From an uncultured Chloroflexia bacterium (GTDB lineage: Bacteria > Chloroflexota > Limnocylindria > Limnocylindrales > CSP1-4): a DNA stretch of 64,000 nt. The translations under genes and the position numbers were made by a program. This document shows, piece by piece, positions 18,035 to 27,721 of this stretch. Numbering within the stretch: the stretch's first letter is position 1; every line of letters begins with the position of its first letter. The stretch lies in assembly GCA_963752475.1 (NCBI GenBank), contig CAVVYR010000008.1, positions 160,001-224,000 of the forward strand, given 5' to 3'. Under the pieces are notes generated by a model. That model ran no database searches, was not told the DNA's origin, and saw only the letters and a list, made by a program, of their open reading frames with translations.

Positions 18035-19018
18035 ATGCAGTACCGACGACTTGGCAAGACTGGCTACGAGATCAGCGCCATCGGTTTCGGCGCGTGGGCC
18101 ATCGGGGCTGACTGGGGGACCGTCGACGACAAGGACTCCCTGGCCGCCCTCCACGCTGCCGCCGATGCCGGAATCAACTTCATCGACACCGCCGACGTCT
18201 ACGGCGACGGCCGCTCCGAGCGGGTCATCGCGGGCTTCCTGAAGGAGCGTGCGGGCGAGCGCATCTACGTGGCCACCAAGATGGGCCGCCGCGTGGAGCA
18301 GAAGCTGGAGAACTACACGCCCGAGGCCTTCGCGGCCTGGACCCAGCGCTCGCGCGACAACCTCGACACCGAGACGCTGGACCTGGTCCAGCTGCATTGC
18401 CCGCCCTTCGACGTCTACTACACGCCCGAGCTGTTCGCAGCCTGCGACGAGATGGTCGAGGAGGGTGTCATGCGCCACTACGGCGTGAGCGTGGAGAAGA
18501 TCGAGCAGGCCCAGAAGGCCATGGAGTACCCCGGCACCGCATCGGTGCAGATCATCTTCAACATGGTCCGGCAGCGTCCGGCCGACCGCTTCCTGGGCGA
18601 GGCCCTGGCCAACGATGTGGGCGTGCTCGCGCGCGTGCCCCTGGCCTCGGGCCTGCTCACCGGCAAGTACGACGCAGCCAGCACCTTCGCCGAGAACGAC
18701 CACCGCAACTACAACCGCCACGGTGCCGCTTTCGACGTGGGTGAGACGTTCGCGGGCCTCGACTACGACGCGGGCCTGGAGTTCGTCGCGGCTGTGCAGG
18801 GGCTGGTGCCCGATGGTGCTACCACCGCGCAGCTGGCACTCCGCTGGATCCTGATGCACGAGGGCGTGACCGCGGCCATCCCCGGGGCCAAGAACCCCGA
18901 GCAGGCACAGGGCAACGCCGCTGCCGCCGACCTGCCGGCCCTCGACGAGCCCACGATGACGCGCATCCGAGAGCTCTACGAGCAGCTGGCCAAGCCGCTG
19001 GTGCACCAGCGCTGGTGA
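18035..19018 (+). CDS. Aldo/keto reductase
   Basis: MQYRRLGKTG, FIDTADVYGDG.SE, ATK, DLVQLH and PLASGLLTGK. Confidence 0.93.
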   Translation: MQYRRLGKTGYEISAIGFGAWAIGADWGTVDDKDSLAALHAAADAGINFIDTADVYGDGRSERVIAGFLKERAGERIYVATKMGRRVEQKLENYTPEAFAAWTQRSRDNLDTETLDLVQLHCPPFDVYYTPELFAACDEMVEEGVMRHYGVSVEKIEQAQKAMEYPGTASVQIIFNMVRQRPADRFLGEALANDVGVLARVPLASGLLTGKYDAASTFAENDHRNYNRHGAAFDVGETFAGLDYDAGLEFVAAVQGLVPDGATTAQLALRWILMHEGVTAAIPGAKNPEQAQGNAAAADLPALDEPTMTRIRELYEQLAKPLVHQRW

Positions 19019-19106
19019 GACGCGACCCACGCGGTGGCACGCGGCGGTTCATGCGCGCCCATCGCCTGTAACCTAGCACCGCCCAAGACCAGACTGAAGG
19101 AAGCCC

Positions 19107-20783
19107 TTGTCTACGCACGCCCATGAATCGACGCTGCAGGAGATGGACCCTGCGCTCTCCCTGCCCCACCGGCGGAAGATGGAGATCCTCTTCGCGGTCC
19201 TGCTCGTGGTCTTCCTCTCGGCCCTCGATCAGACCATCGTGGGTGTGGCCCTGCCGCGCATCGTGGGCGAGCTCGGCGGCACCAACGAGCTCTACACCTG
19301 GGTCATCACCAGCTACCTGCTGACGGCAACCATCACCGGCGTCTTCTACGGCAAGCTCAGCGATATCTACGGCCGCCGGCTGATGCTGCTCTTCGGCGTC
19401 AGCGTCTTCCTGCTGGGCTCGGTCCTCTGCGGCATCTCCTGGAACGTCGAGAGCCTCGTCATCTTCCGTGGTGTTCAGGGCATCGGCGCCGGCGCCATCT
19501 TCCCCATCGCGCTGGCGGTCATCGGCGACCTCTTCGGACCACGCGAGCGCGGTCGCTACCAGGGTCTCTTCGGCGCCGTCTTCGGCATCGCGGCCGTGCT
19601 GGGCCCCTTCCTCGGTGGCTTCATCACCGATAGCCTCGGCTGGCACTGGATCTTCTTCGTCAACCTTCCGGTGGGCATCGTCACGCTCTATATCGTGTGG
19701 CGCTACCTGCCTTCGGTCCATGGCGAGGCGACCACCTCGGTGCGCAACCTCGACTTCCTCGGCGCCCTGGTCTTCGCCATCGCCGTGGTCTTCCTGCTGG
19801 TCGGCCTGACGAACAAGCAGTCGGGTGCGTGGACCGACTTCTCGGTCGGCGGCTTCATCTTCATCGCCGCCGTGTTGACGCCCATCTTCATCTTCATCGA
19901 GGCGCGAGCCAAGGAGCCCATCGTGCCGCCCCAGCTCTTCGGCATCCGCAACTTCGCGGTCACCATCATGGCTGTCTTCGTGACATCCATCGCGTTCTTC
20001 GGGGCCATCGTCTTCCTGCCGCGCTGGTTCCAGTTCGTGCAGGAGGTCAGCCCCACGGAGTCGGGCCTTTACTTGTTGCCGCTGACCTTCGGCGTCATCA
20101 TCAGCTCAGTCGGTGGCGGCATCATCGTGAGCAAGACCGGCCGCTACAAGTGGCTGCTGGTGGGTTCGCTGGTGCTGCTTGCGAGTGGCCTGTACCTCTC
20201 GACGCGCCTGACAGCGACCACTGATCTGCCCGTGCTCTGGGTCTGGATGTTCATCAGCGGCCTCGGTGTCGGCCCCACCCTCAGCGTCTTCACCATCGTG
20301 GTGCAGGCATCGGTGCCGTTCAGCCGACTGGGTGTCGCTACGGGCAACCTGACCTTCTTCCGCCAGATCGGCGCGTCGGTCGGCCTGGCCTTGGTGGGCA
20401 CGGTCTTCGCGGACTCGTTCTCCGAGCGACTGACGCCCGAGCTCGTCCGCGCCGGCGTGCCCGAGCGGATGGCAGGGATGGTGGAGGAGTTCACGACCTC
20501 GGGCGGTGGCGACCTGACACAGGTCAGCGAGGCCTCGCTCGGCGAGCAGCTGGCCCTCGTGCCGCAGCTCGAGGGCATCGTCGAGCAGCTGGTGGCCGGG
20601 ATCTACGCCGCCTTCTCGCTGGCTATCGCCGATACGTTCTGGATCGGCCTGGTGGTAACGCTGGCGGCGCTTGCGCTCGTCACGCTCGGACTGCAGGACA
20701 AGCCCATCCGCCACCTGGCCGAAGGGGCCCCGTACGACGCCAGGGACACCGACGGCGAAGTTGCGCCACCGACGGTAGCCTGA
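19107..20783 (+). CDS. MFS drug:H+ antiporter (DHA2, EmrB/QacA-like, 14 TM)
   Basis: LDQTIV.VALP, GKLSDIYGRR, FRGVQGIG and W.WIFFVNLPVG. Confidence 0.92.
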   Translation: MSTHAHESTLQEMDPALSLPHRRKMEILFAVLLVVFLSALDQTIVGVALPRIVGELGGTNELYTWVITSYLLTATITGVFYGKLSDIYGRRLMLLFGVSVFLLGSVLCGISWNVESLVIFRGVQGIGAGAIFPIALAVIGDLFGPRERGRYQGLFGAVFGIAAVLGPFLGGFITDSLGWHWIFFVNLPVGIVTLYIVWRYLPSVHGEATTSVRNLDFLGALVFAIAVVFLLVGLTNKQSGAWTDFSVGGFIFIAAVLTPIFIFIEARAKEPIVPPQLFGIRNFAVTIMAVFVTSIAFFGAIVFLPRWFQFVQEVSPTESGLYLLPLTFGVIISSVGGGIIVSKTGRYKWLLVGSLVLLASGLYLSTRLTATTDLPVLWVWMFISGLGVGPTLSVFTIVVQASVPFSRLGVATGNLTFFRQIGASVGLALVGTVFADSFSERLTPELVRAGVPERMAGMVEEFTTSGGGDLTQVSEASLGEQLALVPQLEGIVEQLVAGIYAAFSLAIADTFWIGLVVTLAALALVTLGLQDKPIRHLAEGAPYDARDTDGEVAPPTVA

Positions 20784-20837
20784 GGGCCACACCACCGCTC
20801 CTCGCGTAGCCATCGCAACTCCGAAGGGGGTTCTCCC

Positions 20838-21725
20838 ATGAAAGTCGGACTCATCACGCCCCAGGGCTGGAAGCTCGAGTACAAGGGCTGGGACCCGGCC
20901 CGGGCTTGGTCCAACACCGTCGAGCTCGCCAAGCAGGCCGAGGAGCTGGGCTTCGAGTCGCTCTGGGCCTTCGACCACTTCACCACCGTCCCCGAGCCTG
21001 AAGACGAGATGACGCTCGAGTCCTTCACGCACCTCTCGGCCATCGCCATGGCCACCGAGAACGTGCGCCTGGGCCACATGGTCATCTGCACCGCCTTCCG
21101 CAACCCGGCCCTGACGGCCAAGCTGGCCTCGACCCTCGACGTCATCAGCGATGGTCGCTTCGAGATCGGCATCGGCGCCGGCTGGAAGGAAGATGAGTGG
21201 ATCGCCTACGGCTACGGCTTCCCGCCCATCGGCGAGCGCATCAGCACCTTCGAGGAGCACCTCGAGGTCATCACGCGCATGATCGCGCCCGGTCACGCCA
21301 CATACGAGGGTGAGCGGGTCCACGTCATCGATGCCATCAACGAACCGCGCAGCATCCAGGAGAAGATCCCGCTCATCGTCGGTGGCAACGGCCGGAAGCG
21401 CACTGCCGGCCTGGCCGTGAAGTTCGCCGACGAGCTCAACTGGGTCTTCCAGTCGCCGGCTTTCGTGGCCGAGCGCATGCCGGAGGTCAAGGCCATGTGC
21501 GAGGCCGCCGGTCGCGATCCGGCGACGCTGCGCTTCTCGATGTACACGTATGACGAGGACTTCGCCGAGGCGGGCCAGGCGCGCGTGGACCTGCTCGGCG
21601 AGTTCAACGAGAGTGGGCTCGACCGCCTCGTCTGCTTCCCGACCAAGTACGACCCCTCCCTCGAGGCCCAGGCCGCATTCGCCGAAGACGTGAAGGCCGC
21701 AGGCATCGCCCTCGACGGGGCCTAG
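20838..21725 (+). CDS. LLM-class oxidoreductase, probably F420-dependent (TIGR03560-like)
   Basis: GLITPQGW, W.FDHF.TVP.P, RNPALTAK...LDVISDGR..GIGAGW.E.E..AYG. Confidence 0.85.
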   Translation: MKVGLITPQGWKLEYKGWDPARAWSNTVELAKQAEELGFESLWAFDHFTTVPEPEDEMTLESFTHLSAIAMATENVRLGHMVICTAFRNPALTAKLASTLDVISDGRFEIGIGAGWKEDEWIAYGYGFPPIGERISTFEEHLEVITRMIAPGHATYEGERVHVIDAINEPRSIQEKIPLIVGGNGRKRTAGLAVKFADELNWVFQSPAFVAERMPEVKAMCEAAGRDPATLRFSMYTYDEDFAEAGQARVDLLGEFNESGLDRLVCFPTKYDPSLEAQAAFAEDVKAAGIALDGA

Positions 21726-21732
21726 CCGACCG

Positions 21733-22699
21733 ATGGGGCGTGCAATAGCGGCGCTGGCGCTGGCGCTCGTCACAGGCCTGGTCTGGTCCGGGGGTGCCGC
21801 CGTGGCGCAGGAGGCGGAGGGCCCGACCGTGGTGGCCCAGTCCGACGATGATCCCGGCGTGCGCGCCTCGTTGACCTTCCCCGCCGGTTGGCGCCAGGAG
21901 GCTAAGGGCGACCAGGCATCCCGACGTTTCATCAACGCCGTCGAGGTCGACGAGCGGTGCGAGTTCGGCGCCCGCCGGTCGGATTTCCCGGACCTCATCA
22001 CCGATGTCGACGACTTCGAGGTCACGCTGGCGCCGGGCTCGGGTTACATCTTCATCGAGCGCGAATCGCTCGAGCTGCCCGCCGGACCGGCCGAACGGAT
22101 CGACTTCGCTGGCAACGAGGACGGCGGCCGCTGGTCGGTGTACTCGGTCTGGGAAGACGGCTTCGTACACGAGCTGTGGTGTCGTGGCGACGAGTTGCCC
22201 GAGGATCGTTGGCTACCGATCGCGCAGACCTTGGACCTCACCATAGAGGGCGAGGGCACGCCATTCGACCCCGCCGTCAGCCGACCCGATGCCGGCGTGG
22301 CCATGGCCTTTCCCGAGAAATGGCATGTCCGTGGCAGCTCCACCAACCAGGGCCTGCTCTATGCCACCAGCGACGACCGCCGTCTGTGCGCTCAGTGACT
22401 ACAGCGCGGTCCCCGCAGCTGAGGCTTGGGACACCGTGGATGGCATGCACGACGAGTACGTGGCCACTGCTGGTTCCCGCGACGACCTCAGCGTCAACGA
22501 GACCGACTACCTCGACCTCGCCGCCGGCCGCACCGGCTTCGCCGACATCAGCTTCGACGACGGCACACGGGCGATCCGTTACTCGTTCGCCGACCCATCC
22601 GGCGAGACGCTGCTGGCGCTGTTCTGCGTCGGCGACCCGACGCCCGCGGACCGCTACCTGCCCCTGGCCGAGTCGCTGGAGTGGCTGGCGTCGGACTGA
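21733..22699 (+). CDS. Secreted protein with two tandem two-cysteine modules (one frameshift near 22372)
   Basis: ORFs 21733-22398 and 22289-22699 join into a signal peptide plus two homologous modules; paralogous to 46436-47029. Confidence 0.7.
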
Positions 22700-22720
22700 G
22701 GCCGATACGACCAGCTCGGC

Positions 22721-23149
22721 TCAGCTGCCGAGCCTGAGCCAGGACAATCCCGCGAAACGACCGAAGTCGGCGTCGAAGGTGACGAGTTCGGCGGCGTGCT
22801 CGATGGCCAGTGCCGCCAGGTGCGCATCACTCACGAGGTTGCCGGCCGTCCCGGCAGCCACGAGCAGGCCGGCGAGCACATCCAGATGACGGGCGGTGGG
22901 CTCGACGATGACTGCCGACGGCTGCGACAGCCACGCTCGGCAGGTCTCGATCGCCTCTTCGGCGGTGAGCGGCCGCTCGAACACCGCCCGGTGTGTGCTG
23001 ATGCGCAGGAAGGCGAGTACGACACCCCAACCGAAGCCCACCGTGACCGGCTGCGCCAGAGCGTCATCCAGCCACTCGCGTGCGACCGCGTGATGCGCCG
23101 AATCGGAGTTCACCGCGTAGAGCAGCACGTTGGCGTCGACGATTCGCAC
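22721..23149 (-). CDS. vapC: Type II TA toxin, VapC/PIN domain
   Basis: VDANVLLYA, FLRISTH, GNLVSDAHLAALA.EH, TFD.DF.RF. Confidence 0.93.
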   Translation of the reverse strand: MRIVDANVLLYAVNSDSAHHAVAREWLDDALAQPVTVGFGWGVVLAFLRISTHRAVFERPLTAEEAIETCRAWLSQPSAVIVEPTARHLDVLAGLLVAAGTAGNLVSDAHLAALAIEHAAELVTFDADFGRFAGLSWLRLGS

Positions 23150-23155
23150 GACCAG

Positions 23156-23410
23156 CTACTTGCGAAGCTCGAGCTTGCGCCTGATCTCCTCGTCCTCGAG
23201 ATCGGCGGCCAGACGCAGGGCCTTGTCGATCGATGCCGATGAGGCGCCCATGGCATACGTCGGGGTGCTGAACGGCGGCCGCTCGGCGCGCGGACCAAGG
23301 CCTGCTCGGATGGCCGCGTTGAGGGCCTCTTTGAAGCTCAGTCCTCGCTCGCGCATGAGCCTGCGCACAGCAGCGTCGGTATCGGCCTCGAGCGTGACGG
23401 TCGTTCGCAT
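23156..23410 (-). CDS. vapB: Type II TA antitoxin, VapB (RHH/CopG-like)
   Basis: MRTTVTLE.D...GLSFKEALN.AIRAGL...LEDEE; directly upstream of vapC. Confidence 0.9.
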   Translation of the reverse strand: MRTTVTLEADTDAAVRRLMRERGLSFKEALNAAIRAGLGPRAERPPFSTPTYAMGASSASIDKALRLAADLEDEEIRRKLELRK

Positions 23411-23415
23411 GGCGG

Positions 23416-23450
23416 CATCATAGCATCAACTATGGTTACATCAACACATC
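23416..23450 (-). promoter_or_regulatory. vapBC promoter and candidate autoregulatory operator
   Basis: Extended -10 TGcTATGAT 6 nt before the ATG; four CATC(A) boxes in 35 bp. Confidence 0.55.
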
Positions 23451-24201
23451 ACCCCTCGGCCCGCCGAGCTTCGGCCACCAGTCGTTCGAGGCGCGCACGA
23501 TGGGCGCCGCGCCAGTAGTCACGCCCGCAATCAGGACAGGTACGGAACCGGTCATAGGTCCGGCGCGTCCCGGGCGGCAGACGGTCTTCGATGTCGGCCT
23601 TGGCTACTGCTCGCAGCAGGCCATTGCAGGCGGGACAGCGCGTGAACGGCTCCAGGCATCGGCTCAGCTGGAAGCGCCGCACTACCTCCGCCAGCTGCTC
23701 GTCGGGCCGATCCGAGCGCAGCAGGTAGCCGTGCGTGACCGCGCGCCGACGGAGCAGGAATCGATCGCGCGTGAGCAGGATGCGCTGGTCGCGCTGGGAG
23801 ATCTCCACCAGGTCACCGTCATCGGCCTCAGCCGGATAGAGGCTGTCGAAGCCGAGCAGGCGCAAGCGCCGCGCCAGCGCCCCCAGGTGGCCATCGAGCA
23901 CGAAGCGCGTCTCCCGCAGCGGCTCCGGCCGTAGCCGCACCAGGGGCCGCACGTCGAAGGACTCGAAGACCGGGTAGACGCTGACCCGCTCCCCGGCCGA
24001 GGGTCGGTGGTCCCAGGCGACCGAGCGGCCATCGACGAGGACGACCTCGACCTCCGTGTGGGGTACGCCGTAGGACTCGACCAGGTCCTTGACCGACTGC
24101 GTTTCGATCAGGCGCTGGCTGATGCGGCCACCGCGGTGCTGCCGTGGAAGGAGGTCACACAGCTCGGCGTAGAAGCGGAGCTCGAGGCGCTCGTCGGCCA
24201 C
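23449..24201 (-). CDS. Mut7-C RNase domain protein with N-terminal ubiquitin-like domain
   Basis: SVKDLVES.GVPHTEV; RFVLD.HLG.LARRLRLLGFD; RCPACNG...CPDCGR.YW.G.H zinc ribbon. Confidence 0.92.
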   Translation of the reverse strand: MADERLELRFYAELCDLLPRQHRGGRISQRLIETQSVKDLVESYGVPHTEVEVVLVDGRSVAWDHRPSAGERVSVYPVFESFDVRPLVRLRPEPLRETRFVLDGHLGALARRLRLLGFDSLYPAEADDGDLVEISQRDQRILLTRDRFLLRRRAVTHGYLLRSDRPDEQLAEVVRRFQLSRCLEPFTRCPACNGLLRAVAKADIEDRLPPGTRRTYDRFRTCPDCGRDYWRGAHRARLERLVAEARRAEG

Positions 24202-24219
24202 GGAGCCAGCCTCCCCGCT

Positions 24220-25287
24220 TCAGGCAGCGGCCACGACCTGCTGGGTCATGCGTCGCGAGACCAGCACGACCGCCGGCACCAGCGCCGCACAGATGGCCAG
24301 CGCCACCGTCAGCTGGCCGATGACGTCAGCCAGGCCCGCGTCCTGGACGGCCACCTCGAAGATGGGGTCGATGATCCAGTAGGTCGGGAAGATCTGGGCG
24401 ATCCACTGCGGCCAATCGGGGAAGATGTAGAAGATCACCGGCGCGAAGAGCAGGATGTTGACCGACTTCATCAACGCGAAGAGCGTCTTGGAGTCCTTGG
24501 CCGCACCGCCGAAGAGCAACCCGATCTCGGCCAGCATGAGGGCCCCGATGAGCACGCTCAGCAGCAGGGCTGCGGGCTGGGTGCCGAGGGCGTCGTTGAG
24601 CCAGAGCGTCACCAGCGTCATGAGGAAGGCCAGCACCAGGCCCATCGCGGCCTTGGCCGCGAGCACATCCACACCGCGGGCGGGAGAGACCAGCAGGGCC
24701 GTCATGGTGCCGTTCTCACGTTCCTGGACGATGCTGAAGGCGGGCACGAAGACACCCGCGATGAGCAGAGCGAAGAGCACCAGCAGCGGCGTCATGCGGC
24801 TGGACATGGGCAATAGCGGTTCACCCGTGGAGACCACCTCCACGTCCACCGGAGGCGTGGCGCCCTCGACCGCGCGCACCGCGTCGAGCGTGGTCACGGC
24901 CAGGATGAGCCGATTCGAAGCCAGCGACTCACCGCCCACGAAGAACTGCAGCTCCGGCTGCTCGCCGGCCCGCACGGCCTCGTCGAAGCCGGCCGGCAGG
25001 ACGAGACCGGCATCGAGGTCGTTCTCGCCGACAAGCGCCGTGAGGGCAGCCTCATCCGTCACGAAGCTGGTCTCGATGCCCTCGACCGCGGTCATCTCGA
25101 CGGCCACTTGCGAGCCACCTTCATCGACGATGCCCAGCCGTGGTTGCGGTGCGAAGAGTGAGCCGAAGACGATCTGGACCACGAACGTGCCCACGACCGG
25201 GAAGACGATGGCCCACAACAAGATGGGTGAGCGTGGACCCAGGCGCAAGTCCTTCTTCAGGACCTCCCAGGCTATGCGGAGGTTCAT
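24220..25287 (-). CDS. ABC-2 type exporter permease
   Basis: N-terminal TM, large extracellular loop, ERENGT..ALLVSP and PTYW; start MNLRIAW. Confidence 0.88.
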   Translation of the reverse strand: MNLRIAWEVLKKDLRLGPRSPILLWAIVFPVVGTFVVQIVFGSLFAPQPRLGIVDEGGSQVAVEMTAVEGIETSFVTDEAALTALVGENDLDAGLVLPAGFDEAVRAGEQPELQFFVGGESLASNRLILAVTTLDAVRAVEGATPPVDVEVVSTGEPLLPMSSRMTPLLVLFALLIAGVFVPAFSIVQERENGTMTALLVSPARGVDVLAAKAAMGLVLAFLMTLVTLWLNDALGTQPAALLLSVLIGALMLAEIGLLFGGAAKDSKTLFALMKSVNILLFAPVIFYIFPDWPQWIAQIFPTYWIIDPIFEVAVQDAGLADVIGQLTVALAICAALVPAVVLVSRRMTQQVVAAA

Positions 25288-26417
25288 AGTGCCTCCACCC
25301 TCCTTCGGAGTACGAACCAGCCGGCGGCGAAGATGATCACGCACCAGACCGTGGACATGAGCAGGTAGCCGGCGCTGTCGGCCCAGCCCTCGCCGTAGGC
25401 CGTGACGCCGACGATGGTCTCGATGAAGCCGTAGGTCGGCAGGAACTGCACCCAGACCGAGGCCGCACCAGGGAACAGTGCGGAGACGGCAGGCACGGCC
25501 ATGGGGATGATGAAGACCATGCTGATGAAGATCGTGGTCATGAAGTCACGCCCGGCCGAACCGGCAAGCATGCCGAAGCCGGCGGTCATGACCGAGCCGA
25601 TGAGCAGCGCCAGCACCAGCAGCAACGGCTCGTGGCCGAAAGCGCCCACAAGCAGCAGCACGAGCCCCGCCTGGGTGAAGGCCAGGATCGTACCGGTCAG
25701 GCCCTTGGCGCTGAGCAGGTCGCCCACCGAAGCGGGTGAGGCCACCACGGCCTTGGCCGTGCGGCTCTGGATCTCGACGGCCACCAGGCCGGCCAGGGCC
25801 ATCGACTCCACCAGCAACACCATCACCGCGATGAGCGGCGTCAGACGGTCCTGCGGCGTGATCTGGGTACCGACGCGGTCCTCGCCCACGACGATGAGCT
25901 CCTGTTCGGGCTGCGTCACCGGCAGGTCCACGCCGGCCATGGCGTAGGTGGCCTCGCGCACGAAGGCATCCATGGCCGTCTGCACCTCGGCCGGCACCGA
26001 GGCGTCGACATAGATGGTCACGGTCGCGGACTCGCCGGCCGCGAGTGAGGCGGCGAGCTCATCAGGGAACGAGATGCCGATGTCGAGGGCGTGCTTCTGG
26101 CCGTCGATCTCGACCTCGCCCCCTTCGACGACAGCGGTCTCGAGCGCCTCGGGGCTCTCGAAGGGCACGACCTCGAGTGCGGCATCGGTCGGCACGGCGT
26201 CGGAGTCGAAGGCTTCGGCGAAGGAGCCGGTCAGACCGCGGGCGTAGACGCCCACCTTGATGGACTCGTCGACCGTGTTGGGCAGCAGCCACAGGATGCC
26301 CACGTAGAACACCAGCATCAGCGGCGTGAGCACCATCCACAGCCGGTCGCGGCTGAACTCGCGCAGATCCTTGGCCACGATCGCGCGCACGATCGCGCCG
26401 CGTCGGGAGAGGGTCAT
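25284..26417 (-). CDS. ABC-2 type exporter permease
   Basis: Same architecture as its neighbour; ATGA-coupled. Confidence 0.88.
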   Translation of the reverse strand: MTLSRRGAIVRAIVAKDLREFSRDRLWMVLTPLMLVFYVGILWLLPNTVDESIKVGVYARGLTGSFAEAFDSDAVPTDAALEVVPFESPEALETAVVEGGEVEIDGQKHALDIGISFPDELAASLAAGESATVTIYVDASVPAEVQTAMDAFVREATYAMAGVDLPVTQPEQELIVVGEDRVGTQITPQDRLTPLIAVMVLLVESMALAGLVAVEIQSRTAKAVVASPASVGDLLSAKGLTGTILAFTQAGLVLLLVGAFGHEPLLLVLALLIGSVMTAGFGMLAGSAGRDFMTTIFISMVFIIPMAVPAVSALFPGAASVWVQFLPTYGFIETIVGVTAYGEGWADSAGYLLMSTVWCVIIFAAGWFVLRRRVEAL

Positions 26418-27298
26418 GCCTCGAGTGTCCGACCCGTCATCTCGACGAAGATGTTCTCCAGGGTCGATTCCTCCGTGTGGATGGTCATGAGCCCGTCGGC
26501 CTGGACGGCAGCGCGCAACTGCTCGCCGACCGCTGGGTCATCGAGCGCGTAACTCTCCTCGGCCACGCCGCCACCGTCCCGGCGGCGCACCTTGACCGAG
26601 CGCTGCCCGTGCTGCAGCTTCAGGTTCTCGGGCGTGTCGATGGCGTAGATCCGGCCCTCGTTGATGAAGGCCACACGGTGGCTGAGCTCATCCGCCTCCC
26701 ACATGTCATGGGTCGTCAGCAGCACGGCGGCGCCACGCGCGGCCTCCTCCCGGATGATGTTGCGGATGGCCTTCGACGAGACCGGGTCCAGGCCGTCGGT
26801 GGGCTCGTCGAGGAAGAGCACGCTGGGCTGGTGCAGGATCGAGCGCGCCACCATCAGCCGCTGGCGCATGCCCTTGGAGTACGAACCCACGCGGTCACCG
26901 GCCCGGTCGGCCAGCCCGACACGTTCGAGCAGGGCATCGGTGTCCACGCCGTCGACGCCGTAGAGCGAGGCGAAGAAGCGCAGGTTCTCCGTGCCCGACA
27001 TGGCCTCGTAGAGGTTCTTCTCCTCGAAGCAGACACCGATCCGGGCCTGCGCCTCGGCATCGTCACGGCCCACGTCCCGGCCCAGGATGCGCACCACGCC
27101 CGCCTTGGGCCGAAGCTGGCCGGTGAGCATCTTGATGGTCGTCGTCTTGCCGGCACCGTTGGGGCCGAGGAAGCCGAAGATCTCGCCAGGCGCGATGTCG
27201 AAGCTGATGCCCTTGACGGCCTCGTGGTCGCCGTAACTGAAGCGCAGGTCTTCCGCGCTGATGGCTGCGCCGTTCGCGGCGTCGGTAGGCTCCGGCAT
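26414..27298 (-). CDS. ABC exporter ATP-binding protein
   Basis: GPNGAGKTT, YSKGMRQR, FLDEPT and TTH; RBS GAGGGAGG before ATG 27298. Confidence 0.95.
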   Translation of the reverse strand: MPEPTDAANGAAISAEDLRFSYGDHEAVKGISFDIAPGEIFGFLGPNGAGKTTTIKMLTGQLRPKAGVVRILGRDVGRDDAEAQARIGVCFEEKNLYEAMSGTENLRFFASLYGVDGVDTDALLERVGLADRAGDRVGSYSKGMRQRLMVARSILHQPSVLFLDEPTDGLDPVSSKAIRNIIREEAARGAAVLLTTHDMWEADELSHRVAFINEGRIYAIDTPENLKLQHGQRSVKVRRRDGGGVAEESYALDDPAVGEQLRAAVQADGLMTIHTEESTLENIFVEMTGRTLEA

Positions 27299-27721
27299 CG
27301 ATCCTCCCTCTAGGGAATCGAGCCTCAGGCTACGCCCTTTGACGAGTGGCACGTAGTGCCATCTGGAACGACCGGAGCGGGTCCAAGGATGAGACCGCTA
27401 CCGCCAGCTGGCCGAGTCCGTGTAGTGGCCTGGCCCCTGAGGATCGGACATGGTGGCCGGGACGCACCCGGCCGTGTATCAGAGCGGGTCGTCGAGCGGC
27501 AACGAGAAGCTGCGATCGACGGTGTCGCTGGCCTCCAGATCGATGAGCGCCAGACCGGTCTCCGGGTCCTCCCGTCGCTGCAGGTGAGCCGGGGTCTCGG
27601 TGACGATCACCTCCAGGGTCGGGCGCCGACCCAGACACCAACACCGCATCCGCGGCGCTACCTGCCAGTGCGCACCATGGCCGCCGCCCACGGGCCGGTC
27701 CTGGTCTACTAGGATTTGCGC

